DNA of 64,000 nucleotides, the filler included, from Octopus bimaculoides (lineage: Eukaryota), in assembly GCF_001194135.2 (NCBI RefSeq). It is 5 parts of 5 records of this genome, joined end to end, with 100 filler letters (N's around TTAATTAATTAA, not from the genome) between each part and the next. Parts side by side here need not be neighbours in the genome. Positions count along the whole stretch, not along the records: positions 61,134 to 64,000 come from NC_068984.1; 4 more parts are not named here. One strand, 5' to 3'. Below, in pieces: positions 63,961-64,000 of the stretch. A model generated the notes under the pieces. That model searched no databases. It was not told where the DNA came from and saw only the letters and a list, made by a program, of their open reading frames with translations. A program made the position numbers and the translations under genes. Position 1 is the stretch's first letter; each line of letters opens with the position of its first letter.

Positions 63961-64000
63961 GAAGAAGAAGAAGAAGAAGAAGAAGAAGAAGAAGAAGAAG

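Overview
Eukaryotic (animal) genomic scaffold: AT-rich, about 12% N by my count of gap runs, and packed with di-/tri-/tetranucleotide microsatellites and tRNA-derived SINEs. The repeat repertoire looks like an octopus-type (coleoid cephalopod) genome; this is an inference from remembered repeat families, not a database result. I found no host protein-coding gene I can support, and almost every ORF in the supplied track is a microsatellite or N-gap artefact. The recognisable coding sequence is all transposon debris: a nested CR1-like LINE (41.4-45.1 kb), an RTE fragment, R4/Dong-like fragments, a mariner N-terminus and a Penelope-like GIY-YIG remnant, plus two TIR-bounded MITEs. Main second-look items: (1) an antisense rDNA 5'ETS/18S-junction fragment inside the CR1 LINE; (2) a 3' stem-loop shared by that LINE and a SINE family, with a compensatory base pair; (3) two inverted, stand-alone tRNA-like cassettes with oligo-T terminators and covarying stems; (4) an RFX/ETS/YY1/CRE promoter-like cluster with no identified gene; (5) a 22-bp minisatellite carrying phased AP-1 sites. 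I did not find a novel multi-gene system and do not claim one. Repeat boundaries are approximate (tens of bp).
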